From: Macrostomum hystrix
Taxonomy: Eukaryota; Animalia; Platyhelminthes
Length of the DNA stretch: 64,000 bases
Reading direction: 5' to 3'
NCBI GenBank assembly: GCA_950097015.1
Contig: CATNEN010000003.1
Coordinates: 13,578,001-13,642,000 of the forward strand
Shown in pieces: positions 1-13,580 of this stretch. Positions within the stretch are counted from its first letter, which is position 1. Every line of letters starts with the position of its first letter. The translations under genes were made by a program, and so were the position numbers. Below the pieces are notes generated by a model. It was not told the DNA's origin. It did not search any database and saw only the letters and a list, made by a program, of their open reading frames with translations.

Positions 1-1105
1 ACAGTAGTGGAGAGATGAGATAGTAGTATAGAGACGAGACAATAGTGGAGAGGTGAGACAGTAGTGGAGAGATGAGACAGTAGTGGAGAGATGAGACAGT
101 AGTGGAGAGATGAGAAGAGATGAGACAGTAGTGGAGAGATGAGACAGTAGTGGAGAGATGAGACAGTAGTGGAGAGATGAGACAGTAGTGGAGAGATGAG
201 ACAGTAGTGGAGAGATGAGACAGTAGTGGAGAGATGAGACAGTAGTGGAGAGATGAGACAGTAGTGGAGAGATGAGACAGTAGTGGAGAGATGAGACAGT
301 AGTCGAGAGATGAGACAGTAGTGGAGAGATGAGACAGTAGTGGAGAGACGAGACAGTAGTGGAGAGATGAGATAGTAGTGGAGAGATGAGACAGTAGTGG
401 AGAGATGAGACAGTAGTGGAGAGATGAGACAGTAGTCGAGAGATGAGACAGTAGTGGAGAGATGAGACAGTAGTGGAGAGATGAGACAGTAGTGGAGAGA
501 TGAGATAGTAGTATAGAGACGAGACAGTATTGGAGAGATGAGACAGTACTCGAGAGACGAGACAATAGTGGAGAGGTGAGACAGTAGTGGAGAGATGAGA
601 CAGTAGTGGAGAGATGAGACAGTAGTGGAGAGATGAGAAGAGATGAGACAGTAGTGGAGAGATGAGACAGTAGTGGAGAGATGAGACAGTAGTGGAGAGA
701 TGAGACAGTAGTGGAGAGATGAGACAGTAGTCGAGAGATGAGACAGTAGTGGAGAGATGAGACAGTAGTGGAGAGACGAGACAGTAGTGGAGAGATGAGA
801 CAGTAGTGGAGAGATGAGACAGTAGTGGAGAGATGAGATAGTAGTATAGAGACGAGACAGTATTGGAGAGATGAGACAGTACTCGAGAGACGAGACAATA
901 GTGGAGAGGTGAGACAGTAGTGGAGAGATGAGACAGTAGTGGAGAGATGAGACAGTAGTGGAGAGATGAGAAGAGATGAGACAGTAGTGGAGAGATGAGA
1001 CAGTAGTGGAGAGATGAGACAGTAGTGGAGAGATGAGACAGTAGTCGAGAGATGAGACAGTGTGGAGAGATGAGACAGTAGTGGAGAGATGAGAAGAGAT
1101 GAGAA
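1..1105. repeat. 19-bp minisatellite ACAGTAGTGGAGAGATGAG
   Basis: Direct tandem copies. Confidence 0.97.
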
Positions 1106-2084
1106 GGGAAAAGATGAAACACCAATCTAGGGTATTGGAGCACCAAAGTCCAGATGTGAGAGCTTTCCAGTCGGTATTTTTGCTCGAGTATTCCGATAGT
1201 CCAAATTGATTCCAAAATTTTCTAATCAGACTAGCCAAGCGAGCCTTTCTCGTATATAAGCCTAACCTAAAAGCGTTTTCATTTTTTTCGCGCTGTATCG
1301 TTTTTAATTTAATCATGTCTAGAAGCCCTCTCATCTATCATGGCGTGCAGGTGTTGATCCCCATTGAACCATAATTGCACGCCGTCGTGTGGGATGATTA
1401 ATGCTGGCGAGAAAGAAACCTTATCTTCAAATGGACCTAGCGGCGTCATTGTTGAATAATGGGAAATTAATGGGTAATGTTGACCGTGCTGAAATTTCTC
1501 AGTTTTCCCAACTGTGGCTTGACTCAAAAGTTGATCTGCCAAGCAGAAATGACAAAGTTTCCTATTAGAAATTTTCAATTTCAAACCATTAATAGAATTC
1601 CTTAGAAATTCTTATTCCAAAACCAGTATTTTATATTCCCTGTGGAGTAACTCATGCTAAGGGCCAAAAAAAGTAGGGAACATATCACAAGGAATTAGGC
1701 TTGAGAATGGTTGGGCAACATTTTCCTGGCTTCTCTGACTCCGAGACATGATGCCCTGTACAATAGTTTAGTTCTTTATAAATTGTGTGCTGCTTTTTTG
1801 TAGCAAGCTACGTTCCCACGAAAGGTATAAAATTATTTCGAGAATTGTAGTCGTAATATAATGAAACAGGCTTTGCTCTACTGTTTTGCATCATTATTCC
1901 ACAGTTATTATAATAATAGTTTGCGGTTTCATTACAGCGAAGAAAGTTACTTTAGAAATTGCGAGACGATCATGAGTCATCTGCTAGCTAAATAACTTGA
2001 TTATAACAATATTAATGAGTTGGATTGGATTGGATTGGTGGATTGGAGAGTTAAGAGGTAGACTAAATGTTTGTGGAGGCAGAT

Positions 2085-2825
2085 TAGATAGTAGAAGAGG
2101 TAGATAGGAGAGTAGAGGGGTAGATAGGAGAGTAGAGGGGTGGATAGGTGAGTAGAGGGGTGGATAGGAGAGTAGAGGGGTGGATAGGAGAGTAGAGAGG
2201 TAGATTGGAGAGTAGAGAGGTAGATAGGAGAGTAGAGGGGTAGATTGGAGAGTAGAGAGGTAGATTGGAGAGTAGAGAGGTAGATAGGAGAGTAGAGGGG
2301 TGGATAGGAGAGTAGAGGGGTGGATAGGAGAGTAGAGGGGTGGATAGGAGAGTAGAGAGGTAGATAGTAGAGTAGAGAGGTAGATAGGAGAGTAGAGGGG
2401 TAGATAGGAGAGTAGAGAGGTAGATAGGAGAGTAGAGGGGTAGATAGGAGAGTAGAGGGGTGGATAGGAGAGTAGAGGGGTGGATAGGAGAGTAGAGGGG
2501 TGGATAGGAGAGTAGAGGGGTGGATAGGAGAGTAGAGAGGTAGATAGGAGAGTAGAGAGGTAGATAGGAGAGTAGAGAGGTAGATAGGAGAGTAGAGGGG
2601 TGGATAGGAGAGTAGAGGGGTGGATAGGAGAGTAGAGGGGTGGATAGGAGAGTAGAGAGGTAGATAGGAGAGTAGAGAGGTAGATAGGAGAGTAGAGGGG
2701 TAGATAGGAGAGTAGAGAGGTAGATAGGAGATTAGAGAGTAGAGGGGTAGATAGGAGAGTACAGGGGTGGATAGGAGAGTAGAGGGGTGGATAGGAGAGT
2801 AGAGGGGTAGATAGGAGAGTAGAAA
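2085..2825. repeat. 20-bp minisatellite TAGATAGGAGAGTAGAGGGG
   Basis: Direct tandem copies. Confidence 0.97.
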
Positions 2826-3464
2826 GAGATTGATAGAAGTTGAGATGGACTGGCAGCAGTTAATGAAAATAAAAAATGAAGCAACGTTAATTAATTTTAA
2901 TATTCGTATATTCTTGATCAGAAATCTATTTGAGATGGCAGCTATAGAGCCGCTAGTTGCCTATGTCTAAAGGTATAGTGCTGAATGCCATTTTTTGCTT
3001 AGTATTATATGCACGCTCACACATATAGCTATGCAGCACATGCATACGGGGCACACTTGGGCCAGTTTGAGAGAGTTTTCAAGTGCGCGCCCACTTCAGA
3101 ATAGCAGAGAGAAAATAGAAGCTATTTGCCAGAGGCACCCTAGCAAATTTCAGGCCTGACACTATGAGAAATGAATAGAGCTCTATTGGAATAGAGTGCT
3201 CAGCTTGGAGGCTGAGAAAAAGCAGTAAAACTCAATTTTGAAGCAATCTCAGCGCTGTCTCTCTGCGGACTATGGAGAAACCTTTTTTCGTCTAGCTAGC
3301 AAGTCCCGAAATTCCAAGGCCACCCAGAAAGAAGGCAGGTTTTTGTCCGACTGTTCATAGCTATGCGGCGATGGAAACTTGAACAAGTCTGAAGGAAACC
3401 TGGCGATATTGAAATTTAAGGGATAAATATAACTTTACGTATGTTAAAAGCCCGGAACTGCAGA

Positions 3465-5455
3465 CAACTCGAAACTCTGACAACCCGAAACTCTGACAAT
3501 CCGAGACTCTTAAAGCCCGAAACTCTGACAGCCCGAAACTCTGACAACCCGAAACTCTGATAATCAGAAACTCTGACAATCCGAAACTCTGACAAACCGA
3601 AACTCTGACAATCCGAAACTCTGACAATCCGAAACTCTAACAACTCGAAACTCTTAACAACTCGAAACTCTGACAATCCGAAACTCTGACAACCCGAAAC
3701 TCTGACAACCCGAAACTCTGACAATCCAAAACTCTGACAAACCGAAACTCTGACAATCCGAAACTATGTTAATCCGAAACTCTGACAATCCGAAACTCTG
3801 ACAACCCGAAACTCTGACAACCCGAAACTCTGACAACCCGAAACTCTGACAACCCAAAATTCTAACAACCCGAAACTCTGACAACCCAAAATTCTGACAA
3901 CCCGAAACTCTGACAATCCGAAACTCTGACAATCCGAAACTCTGACAACCCGAAACTCTGACGACCCGAAACTCTGAAAACCCGAAACTCTGACAGCCCG
4001 AAACTCTGACAACCCGAAATTCTGACAACCCGAAACTCTGACAATCCGAAACTCTGACAATCCGAAACTCTGACAATCCGAAACTCTGACAACCCGAAAC
4101 TCTGACAACCCGAAATTCTGACAACCCGAAACTCTGACAACCCGAAATTCTGACAACCCGAAACTCTGACAACCCAAAATTCTGACAACCCGAAACTCTG
4201 ACAACCCGAAACTCTGACAACTAAAATTCTGACAATCCGAAACTCTGACAATCCGAAACTCTGACAATCCGAAACTCTGACAACCCGAAACTCTGACAAC
4301 CCGAAACTCTGACAACCCGAAACTCTGACAATCCGAAACTCTGACAACCCGAAACTCTGACAACCCAAAACTCTGACAACCCGAAACTCTGACAGCCCGA
4401 AACTCTGACAGCCCGAAACTCTGACAATCCGAAACTCTGACAGCCCGAAACTCTGACAATCCGAGACTCTGAAAACCCGAAACTCTGACAACCCGAGACT
4501 CTGACATCCCGAAACTCTGACAATCCGAAACTCTGACAACCCGAAACTCTGACAACCCGAAATTCTGACAACCCGAAACTCTGACAACCCAAAATTCTAA
4601 CAACCTGAAACTCTGACAACCCGAAATTCTGACAACCTGAAACTCTGACAATCCGAAACTCTGACAATCCGAAACTCTGACAACCCGAAACTCTGACAAC
4701 CCGAAACTCTGACAACCCGAAACTCTGACAGCCCGAAACTCTGACAACCCGAAATTCTGACAACCCGAAACTCTGACAATCCGAAACTCTGACAATCCGA
4801 AACTCTGACAACCCGAAACTCTGACAATCCGAAACTCTGACAACCCGAAACTCTGACAACCCGAAACTCTGACAACCCGAAACTCTGATAATCCGAAACA
4901 CTGACAATCCGAAACTCTGACAACCCGAAACTCTGATAATCCGAAACTCTGACAATCCGAAACTCTGAGAGTCTGAAACTCTGATAATCCGAAACTCTGA
5001 CAATCCGAAACTCTGACAATCCGAAACTCTGAGAATCTGAAACTCTGACAGCCCGAAACTCTGACAATCCGAAACTCTTAAAGCCCGCAACTCTGACAAC
5101 CCGAAACTCTGACAACCCGAAACTCTGACAACCCGAGACTCTGTCATCCCGAAACTCTGACAACCCGAGACTCTGTCATCCCGAAACTCTGACAACCCGA
5201 GACTCTGACATCCCGAAACTCTGACAATCCGAAACTCTGACAACCCGAAACTCTGACAACCCGAAATTCTGACAACCCGAAACTCTGACAACCCGAGACT
5301 CTGACAACCCGAGACTCTGACAACCCGAGACTCTGACAACCCGAGACTCTGACAACCCGAGACTCTGACAACCCGAGACTCTGACAACCCGAGACTCTGA
5401 CAACCCGAAACTCTGACAACCCGAGACTCTGACATCCCGAAACTCTGACAACCCG
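3465..5455. repeat. 16-bp minisatellite CGAAACTCTGACAACC
   Basis: Direct tandem copies. Confidence 0.97.
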
Positions 5456-6169
5456 TTAATTCCAGAAACCCGGAACTGGTTAAACCCAACGGGCCCCCTA
5501 AAAATATCGGAGTAAAATCCTAGAGATAGCATTATAAAATTATGTTAATGACTTTCGTTGCTGACTGACATTCATAGAGTGAGTGACCGCTCCACAGCAG
5601 TCTCATGGGCCTTGGATACAAGGGAACTCAATTATGTGGATTCACACACAGCTGTAATATTAAATCTAGAATGGGGATAATTATTGCGGTCGCAAATATT
5701 CGCTTGAGGAAATTCTGCTCAAAAGAGAAATTACGAAAGGGACCAGCTCGGAGTAGGAGTAGGAGAAAGAGAAAGTGAGTAAGGGCCAACTTTGGTGGTA
5801 GCAATTTTTTTTCGCATTTATTATTGTAAGCGAATTTTCGTCTCCAGTCCTCTGCAATAATTCATCAGTTCCCTGAGGCTGCGCTTGGAATCCCAATTTG
5901 GGATCTCCGTTAAGAGTTGGGATGTTAAATTGCTAAAGGGATTAAAGAATATAGGGGTAAACTCTGAGTTGTCTAACTTTCGAATTCAGTCGCTTACAAT
6001 GCTTTCTCTCCCTACACTAGTAATGCAACGACATTTATTTTCTTTGTGACTTTGATCTATCTTGTGTAAAATAAGATTAGTAAAACACCGAGTTGCTTCC
6101 CTTCCTCAAACACTGACCTCAAATGGCCCTGATTCTTATTTTCTTCGAGCTGAATAAGACTATCTATAG

Positions 6170-6776
6170 CAGGGGTAGGCAAACTTATTTGCTGGCGGGC
6201 CAAAGAGAGAACCTAAAAGACGACAGCGGGCCGCATTGACTGTATAAATATGAGATAGAGGAGAAGAGACACTGGAGAGATGAGACACGAAGAGATTAAA
6301 CACAGAAAGATGATACACGAGAGGGATGAGACACTGGAGAGATAAGACACGGGAGAGATGAGACACGGGAGAGATGAGACACGGGAGAGATGAGACACGG
6401 GAGAGATGAGACACGGGAGAAATGAGACACGGGAGAGATGAGACACGGGAGAGATGAGACACGGGAGAGATGAGACACGGGAGAGATAAGACACGGGAGA
6501 GATGAGACACGGGAGAGATGAGACACAGGAGAGCTGAGACACGGGAGAGATTAGACATGGGAGAGATGAGGCACGGGAGAGATTAGACACGGGAGAGATA
6601 AGACAGGGGAGAGATAAGACACGGGTGAGATGAGACACGGGTGAGATGAGACACGGGTGAGATGAGACACGGGTGAGATGAAACAGGACACTGTAGATGT
6701 CAGAAGGTGCAACGGGCCGGATTTGGGAGCTTCGAGGGCCGCATCTGGCCCGCGGGCCGGAGTTTGCCGACCCCTG
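6170..6776. mobile_element. hAT-superfamily (Charlie-like) MITE containing a minisatellite
   Basis: TIRs CAGGGGTAGGCAAACT / AGTTTGCCGACCCCTG (15/16); perfect 8-bp TSD ATCTATAG at 6162-6169 and 6777-6784; subterminal GGGCCG motifs. Confidence 0.92.
6275..6685. repeat. 16-bp minisatellite GAGACACGGGAGAGAT inside hAT MITE
   Basis: Direct tandem copies. Confidence 0.95.
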
Positions 6777-7429
6777 ATCTATAGAGATGTAGATTTTTCT
6801 ATATGGGCGTGATTTTCGATTTTCACACCTGCTCAGTAGGCTCTAGGATTATTATTATTTCGAATTCCTCTATAGCTTAGGGAGAGGTTCGCACCTCGTT
6901 TAGATGGACTGGCAAATGGTCAGGGAAGGAAAGTCGGACATGGGTGAGTCATCGAATCATTTTCTTTTCTATGAACCTTCTCTATCAGAAGAGTTCCTTG
7001 CTGATTTCCGCGTCCCGCTGTGCGGCACCCCCCCTGGTGTGAAACACGAGAATTTATTCAAGAATTCTGGATTTATTTTCCTAGAAAAGAAAAGAGAAGA
7101 AAAAGAACTGAAATCCCAGACAGAATCAAAGAATTGCAGCGATAGAAAGGCTCAGGAATATTGGCCAGTTTGGGTGTCCTATGGTCAGTAGAATCCCATA
7201 TTTCATATATTAGTCCTTTAGATATACAGCACCACTACTGCCCTTATCCTTTGTTTACACAGCATTGGTCGGCAACCTTTGAATATACTATTGCTAGCCA
7301 AATTGAGATTTTATAATATGACTTGGGGTAAGAAAATATTGTACGAGGGAAGCATATGAGAGGGGAGAGTTGATGCAGAGAAGTGGTGAGACTGGTGAGA
7401 TGTCCAGATGTCCAGATGAGACACTGGAA

Positions 7430-7990
7430 AGACAGCGGAGAGAGATAAGTCACGGGATAGATATGACAGGGGTTAGAAAAGACAGGGGAGAGATTAGGCA
7501 GGGGAGAGATAAGACATGTGAGAGATAAGATAGGGGAGAGATAAGACATGGGATAGATAAAAAACGGGAGAGATTAGGCAGGGGAGAAATAAGTCACGCG
7601 AGAGATAAGACATGTGAGAGATAAGACACGGGAGAGATAAGACACGGGAGAGATAAGACAGGGGAGAGATAAGACAGGGGAAAGATAAGACAGGGGTTAG
7701 AAAAGACAGGGGAGAGATAAGACATGTGAGAGATAAGACATGTGAGAGATAAGACACGGGCGAGATAAGACACGGGAGAGATAAGACATGTGAGAGATAA
7801 GACACGGGCGAGATAAGACACGGGAGAGATAAGACATGTGAGAGATAAGACAGGGGTTAGAAAAGACAGGGGAGAGATTAGGCAGGGGAGAGATAAGACA
7901 CGGGAGAGAAAAGACACGGGAGAGATAAGACAGAGGAGAGACAAGACATGGGATTGATAAGACAGGTGAGAGTTAAAACAGATGAGATAT
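7430..7990. repeat. 16-bp minisatellite GAGAGATAAGACACGG-like
   Basis: Degenerate tandem copies. Confidence 0.9.
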
Positions 7991-8887
7991 TAAGCAGGAG
8001 AGATAGACACAGGCAAAGAGAATAATGTACGAGTTGATAGATTAAGTATTTTTAAATCCAATGCATGTAATAAGAAATATTTTCTTAGTTTAAAACAGCT
8101 GCATTACCCTAACAGAAAATATGATTTTCAACTTTGTCAACTAATACCTAGCGCGGTATATACGGTCGTAGCTAATAGGGTTCGCGCGGTGTCAGCTGGC
8201 CAAATTGTGTCAAAAGCCTGTCTTGCACTGCTAAGACAGGATTTCTTGAAGCCATGCAGACACCCCACAGATGTCAGACGCCTCCCCTATTTCTTTGCTC
8301 GCGAACAAAAAAGCATATTTATCGTCCCACCAGCTCGGATTCTTCTGGCTTTTGTCGAATACTTTCTCTCGTCAAACTTTTTTAGTTCTTCTCGTATTAA
8401 GCATTGGAAACAGAAGCGCCCTGTACGCTCGTATTGTTGCATTGCCACTGTTTTAGTTGCCAGGTGCTGGTTCATTCTAACGACCAAACCCCACCAAAAT
8501 AAGAATCAGTCGGCATCCAGGCTTGCTGACTTCCTACTAACTGTCTATAGCTGATCATGAGATCAAAGCCGAAAAGAAGAACAGTTTGTTGCTTTTACTT
8601 GTCTTCTTTTTTTTCTTGCTTTGCCAATCTTGCTTCACGCGCCTGTCCGTCAGTTGGTCTCGACTTCTGTGCCAACCCGGATTTAAGGGCGGTGGTCGGA
8701 ACGCACAGTCAATTACTGAAGCCATTCGAGCATAGCAATTGGTGTGTATAGAATGGGATACACTGTGGAAGCCAGCTGCAGTAGCTATGCCTTTACTATG
8801 TAACTTGCTTGAAAGTTGCCGCCCCGTCTTCTGTGTGAGTCATTTTCCTCTAGCACTCTCCGTATTAAGAGCTGGGGCGAGTAAAAC

Positions 8888-8920
<33 letters not shown>

Positions 8921-8946
8921 TTATCTATCCATCTATCTATCTATCC

Positions 8947-8977
<31 letters not shown>

Positions 8978-8990
8978 CATCTATCTATCC

Positions 8991-9024
<34 letters not shown>

Positions 9025-9050
9025 TTATCTATCCATCTATCTATCTATCC

Positions 9051-9137
<87 letters not shown>

Positions 9138-9138
9138 C

Positions 9139-9210
<72 letters not shown>

Positions 9211-9258
9211 GTCTATCTATCTGTCTATCTATTTATCTATCCATCTATCTATCTATCC

Positions 9259-9289
<31 letters not shown>

Positions 9290-9370
9290 CATCTATCTAT
9301 CCATCTATCTATCTATCTATCTATCTATCCATCTATCTATCTATCTATCTATCTGTCTATCTATCTATCT
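8888..9370. repeat. (TCTA)n microsatellite
   Basis: About 120 tetramer units. Confidence 0.98.
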
Positions 9371-10195
9371 AATTAGTCATCAAGCTAGCTTGTAGTTGCA
9401 TAATTAAAAGTAAGCCACACGTGTAACAACTCACTTGCCAGAGTAAAAACCTAGAGGATGTTTCCAAAATTCAGCACAGACAGGCATAGCATTGGTAGCA
9501 GCCCTATTGACACCTCAAATACAGTGGCCATTGGAGGGCCAAAATTATGCATTATGCATTAATCAAGAATGCAGCTATAATCCAGCAGATTCAAAAGCTT
9601 AATTAGCCGCTAGCGCAGGTATAAGGAAATTTGCTAGCTTAGTCATATATTTCTAGCTCTTTGAGTCTATGAACTAATAAGCCTTTTCTAGCATCCTGTT
9701 TCACAAAGCCAGCCTCTTATCATAAAAATGGGATCTGGAGTGAAAAAGCTCAGTTTCTTCCTACTCTATATGAATCATAGATTATTCAGTAATATTTGAA
9801 GGGCCACTTTTTGGGCCTGAACTAAACTGTTACGGGATGCTCCTCCCATTCTAGAAAAAAAGCTAGGATTTTTTGTGTACCGATTCCACATGCCCCTCGT
9901 GTCTTGTCTCGTCTTTCCAGCGCAGGTAAATGCAACAGTTTTTTTCAGACGGCCGTGTAGTTTTTTAATGTGTTCCTTTTTTTCATTTCCAAGGCTGTGC
10001 TTTTAAAAAAATGAAGATTGACTGCCTGCTGAACTGCGTAGATGGGACTGCTTGTTAGGGATTCTTGTAGCTAAACTGCAAATAATTAAGGCTCTCCCCC
10101 TAGGGGGTCGGCGGGAGAAATACTGCCCTCGAAACTCCCTAAAACGAAAAATTGACCCCTTCAAAACTCTCCTCTCCCTACCTTGTTTCTTGCCA

Positions 10196-10655
10196 GTCTC
10201 ATCTCTCCCCTGTCTCATCTCTCCCCTGTCTCATCTCTCCCCTGTCTCATCTCTCCCCTGTCTCATCTCTCCCCTGTCTCATCTCTCCCCTGTCTCATCT
10301 CTCCCCTGTCTCATCTCTCCCCTGTCTCATCTCTCCCCTGTCTCATCTCTCCCCTGTCTCATCTCTCCCCTGTGTCATCTCTCACCTGTCTCATCTCTCA
10401 CCTGTTTCATCTCTCCTTTGTCTCATCTCTCACCTGTTTCATCTCTCACCTGTCTCATCTCTCACCTGTCTCATCACTCACCTGTATCATCTCTCCCCTG
10501 TCTCATCTCTCACCAGTCTCATCTTTCCCCTGTCTCATCTCTCACCTGTCTCATCTCTCACCTGTCTCATCTCTCGATATATCATCTCTCACCTGTCTCA
10601 TCTCTCCCCTGTCTCATCTCTCACCTGTCTCATCTCTCACCTTACTCATCTCTTC
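10196..10655. repeat. 16-bp minisatellite CTCTCCCCTGTCTCAT
   Basis: Tandem copies; reverse complement of the 6275/7430 family. Confidence 0.95.
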
Positions 10656-11278
10656 ACTCGATCCGCTTTCGTCTTTTAGATTATCTACTGTGAGGCAAAT
10701 AATTTTGCTTTGCATTATCTCCATAAGGGTGTACACTAGAACAAACGTACTATTGCGATAGCTTTCCCATTTTCAGGTAAATCATAAACCTCTGGAACTA
10801 CAAGTATGAAACCTTATTGCATGAGAGGGAAGCCATCGCACCTTACATGCAGAAAGATTTTTCTTCTAAGGATTGAAAAATGCATTTTTTTCCAGGGTTA
10901 GGAATAAACAAAAATCTCGGCGCAGTTAGAAACGGATCGTTCAAGATTGACAAGGTCAGATAGCTGGGTTGCACAGCTTTGAGGCCTGAGGTGGGGGCTA
11001 TGAGATTTCGTGACAGCCTGGGCACGCGACGTGCCGACGCTTGGGAGCCATGCTGTCTCCTCACAAACTTTGGTTAAACCTGGAATCGCTTGAGCGTTTG
11101 GCTAGTAAGGAATGTAGAAGGGAATTTTTCGGTCATAATGAATTTAGGCTTCTTTGAGAGGGTATTAGAATGCGCAGTCTTGGGATTCGACCTGTCCTAG
11201 GCTGTTTTGGTTGTGGATTTTAAGCCTGCATTTTTTTCTGAAAGAAAGCAGATAGCACAGACATTTAACTACGACTAC

Positions 11279-11542
11279 GGCACATTCGGTGACACTAGAC
11301 CTGAGCACACACGCACACAGATACCGTACGCAGGCACACGCTCACACAGGTGTGTACATCTGCCCTGACATTCTCATTGTCAGGCAGTGTACATTTCATT
11401 GTGCCTTGTAGGTGGGCCCTCAAGGGCGTAAATTGCACGACAAGCCTCCGAAGCCGTCTCTCCGCGGCTGCGCCCCGAATGGAATCGACCTTAAGGACAT
11501 TGGTGCGAGAGGCAAATGCGTTAGACTCTGCCACCGACTCCC
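11279..11542 (-). mobile_element. SINE family A, internally deleted copy
   Basis: Reverse-complement match to 26700-27025. Confidence 0.85.
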
Positions 11543-11637
11543 TTTTACCGACGATAATTACGATTAAAAATATCCCCTAGAAAATCCACAAAAGTCACGC
11601 CTTTAAAAGTCGTTGATAAACTGACTACTCGTTGTAG

Positions 11638-12926
11638 GTCGCATCGAGACTTCAACCGCGGTGACCACAACGCCGCTAGACTACGAAAAACGTCGTCAAC
11701 ACCAGCTGGTTATCCAAGCCTCCTCTGGAGATCAGGCGGCCTTAACCCGGGTGGACATTCAAATACTCAACGTAGACGACAGTCAGCCCTACTGCGTCCA
11801 GTCAGTCTACACCGCGGTACTGCCAGAGAAGTCACCAGCCCAGACCCCCGTTGTCCAGGTGACCGCAATCGACCTCGACAGCGCTGTGAAGTACCGCCTG
11901 CTGCCTAGCGACACATTCGTCGTGGACGAAGACACGGGCCTGATCTCGGTGAAAACTCCGCCGGACTTCACACTGAAGGCGAGCCACTCCGTGACGCTGG
12001 TTGCAGTCTCGGTCGACGATCCGCTGACAACGGCCAAGTGCTCCGTTCATGTTCGCATCATCAATCGGAACAACCAGAAGCCTCTACTTCAGGACATTGC
12101 TGATCCAATAATTGTCAACGCCGAGACTGCCCAGCCAGGTCAGAAGCTTTTGCAGGTTCGAGCCACTGATCTCGACGGCTACCCTCCGCTAACCTACACT
12201 CTGAGTCCGCCGAGTGATGCATTTGCCATGGGTCTGTTTTCTGGGGAGTTCTGGCTCACAGCGAGGCCTCCTTTGAGCGTGTACAACTTCACAGTGTCCA
12301 GCAGCGATGCGGTTCATTTGGTCACCAAGCCGCTCACCGTCCGAGTGGATTCTGCCAGCGGCGGAGTTCGCTTTGCTCGTCGTCTGTACGTCTTCACCTT
12401 GGCTAAAGGTGCGCCAACAAGCCAGCTGATTGGCAAGCTGGATGTGACCCCAGCAACGCCCGATGTGACGTCATCGATACTGGCGGATCCAAGCCTGCCA
12501 GCTCCGCCCTTTCGTCTGATTGGCTTCGAGTTATATCCAAGCCAGCCAATCAGCGAGCCAGGCGATCACGTGTTCGCCGTGAAAGCCGCTTCAGCAACAG
12601 GCGAAGACTACGCAACAGTGCGAGTCACTGTCCAGTCGGCCAATCGTTTTCAGCCTGCGTTTGCGGAGGCCTCGCCAATCACAATCCTGGTCTCCGAGGC
12701 AACCAGGGTGGGCCGAGCAGTCGGACAAGTAGTCTGCAAAGACTCCGATGCCGACCAGTTTGTCTCCGTGGCAGTCACTGGCGAGTCGCCAGTGCAGGCG
12801 GTGAGGCACACGGGCCGGCTGGTCCTGACCGAACCCCTGGACCGCGAGACCCGGCCCGAGTACCTCATTAACCTGGTGTGCTGGGACAGCGGAGAGCCGA
12901 GACTGACTGCCAGTGCCACTGTTCGG
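11638..12926 (+). CDS. ds: Dachsous-like protocadherin, penultimate exon (about 4 cadherin repeats); earlier exons not found in window
   Basis: Acceptor ttgtag|GT at 11637/8, donor CGG|GTGAGG at 12926/7; cadherin motifs LDYE, AIDLD, ATDLD, LDRE; joins in frame to 17091 (ATVR|LVVQDANDNAPVF). Confidence 0.9.
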
Positions 12927-13019
12927 GTGAGGGTCCGCGTGCGAAATAGTTGTTGCCATGGTAACTGATCGAAACGAGAGTGAGACATGGGAGAGGGAAA
13001 GATATATTAGGGAGAGCTG

Positions 13020-13580
13020 CGATAAGGGAGAGATGAGATAAGAGAGAGATGAGATTAGGGAGAGATGAGATTAGGGAGAGATGAGATTAGGGAGAAATGA
13101 GATTAGGGTGAGATGAGATTAGGGAGAAATGAGATTAGGGTGAGATGAGATTAGGGAGAAATGAGATTAGGGTGAGATGAGATTAGGGAGAGATGAGATT
13201 AGGGAGAGATGAGATTAGGGAGAAATGAGATTAGGGGGGAGATAAGATTAGGGAGAGATGAGATTAGGGAGAGATGAGATTGGGGGAGATGAGATTATGG
13301 AGAGATAAGATTAGGGAGAGCCGAGATTAGGGAGAGATGAGATTAGGGTGAGTTGAGATTAGGGAGAGCCGAGATTAGGGAGAGATGAGATCATGAAGAG
13401 ATGAGATTATGGAGAGATGAGATTAGGGAGAGATGAGATTGGGGGAGATGAGATCATGAAGAGATGAGATTATGGAGAGATGAGATTAGGGAGAGCCGAG
13501 ATTAGGGTGAGATGAGATTAGGGAGAGATGGGATTAGGGGGAGATGAGATTAGGGAGAGATGAGATTAGGGGGAGATCAG
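13020..13580. repeat. 16-bp minisatellite GAGATTAGGGAGAGAT
   Basis: Direct tandem copies. Confidence 0.95.

Noticed and set aside
1706-2970. Possible decayed hAT ends (GGGCAAC...GTTGCC) around the 20-bp array
   Set aside because: Only about 6 bp of terminal match and no TSD
3361-5532. Long overlapping minus-strand ORFs (SEFRVVRVSGCQ repeats), and similar ORFs at 6160-6638, 10052-10761, 19824-21433, 23708-25514, 35152-36107, 55550-57082
   Set aside because: Translations of stop-free minisatellite units, open in several frames at once
1100-11600. Search for further Dachsous exons in the unique stretches
   Set aside because: No cadherin motifs with usable splice sites found by eye; small exons cannot be excluded
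12131-12988. Antisense or alternative-frame ORFs over Dachsous, and likewise over GPCR, CDIPT and ALIX exons
   Set aside because: Shadow ORFs of GC-rich coding sequence
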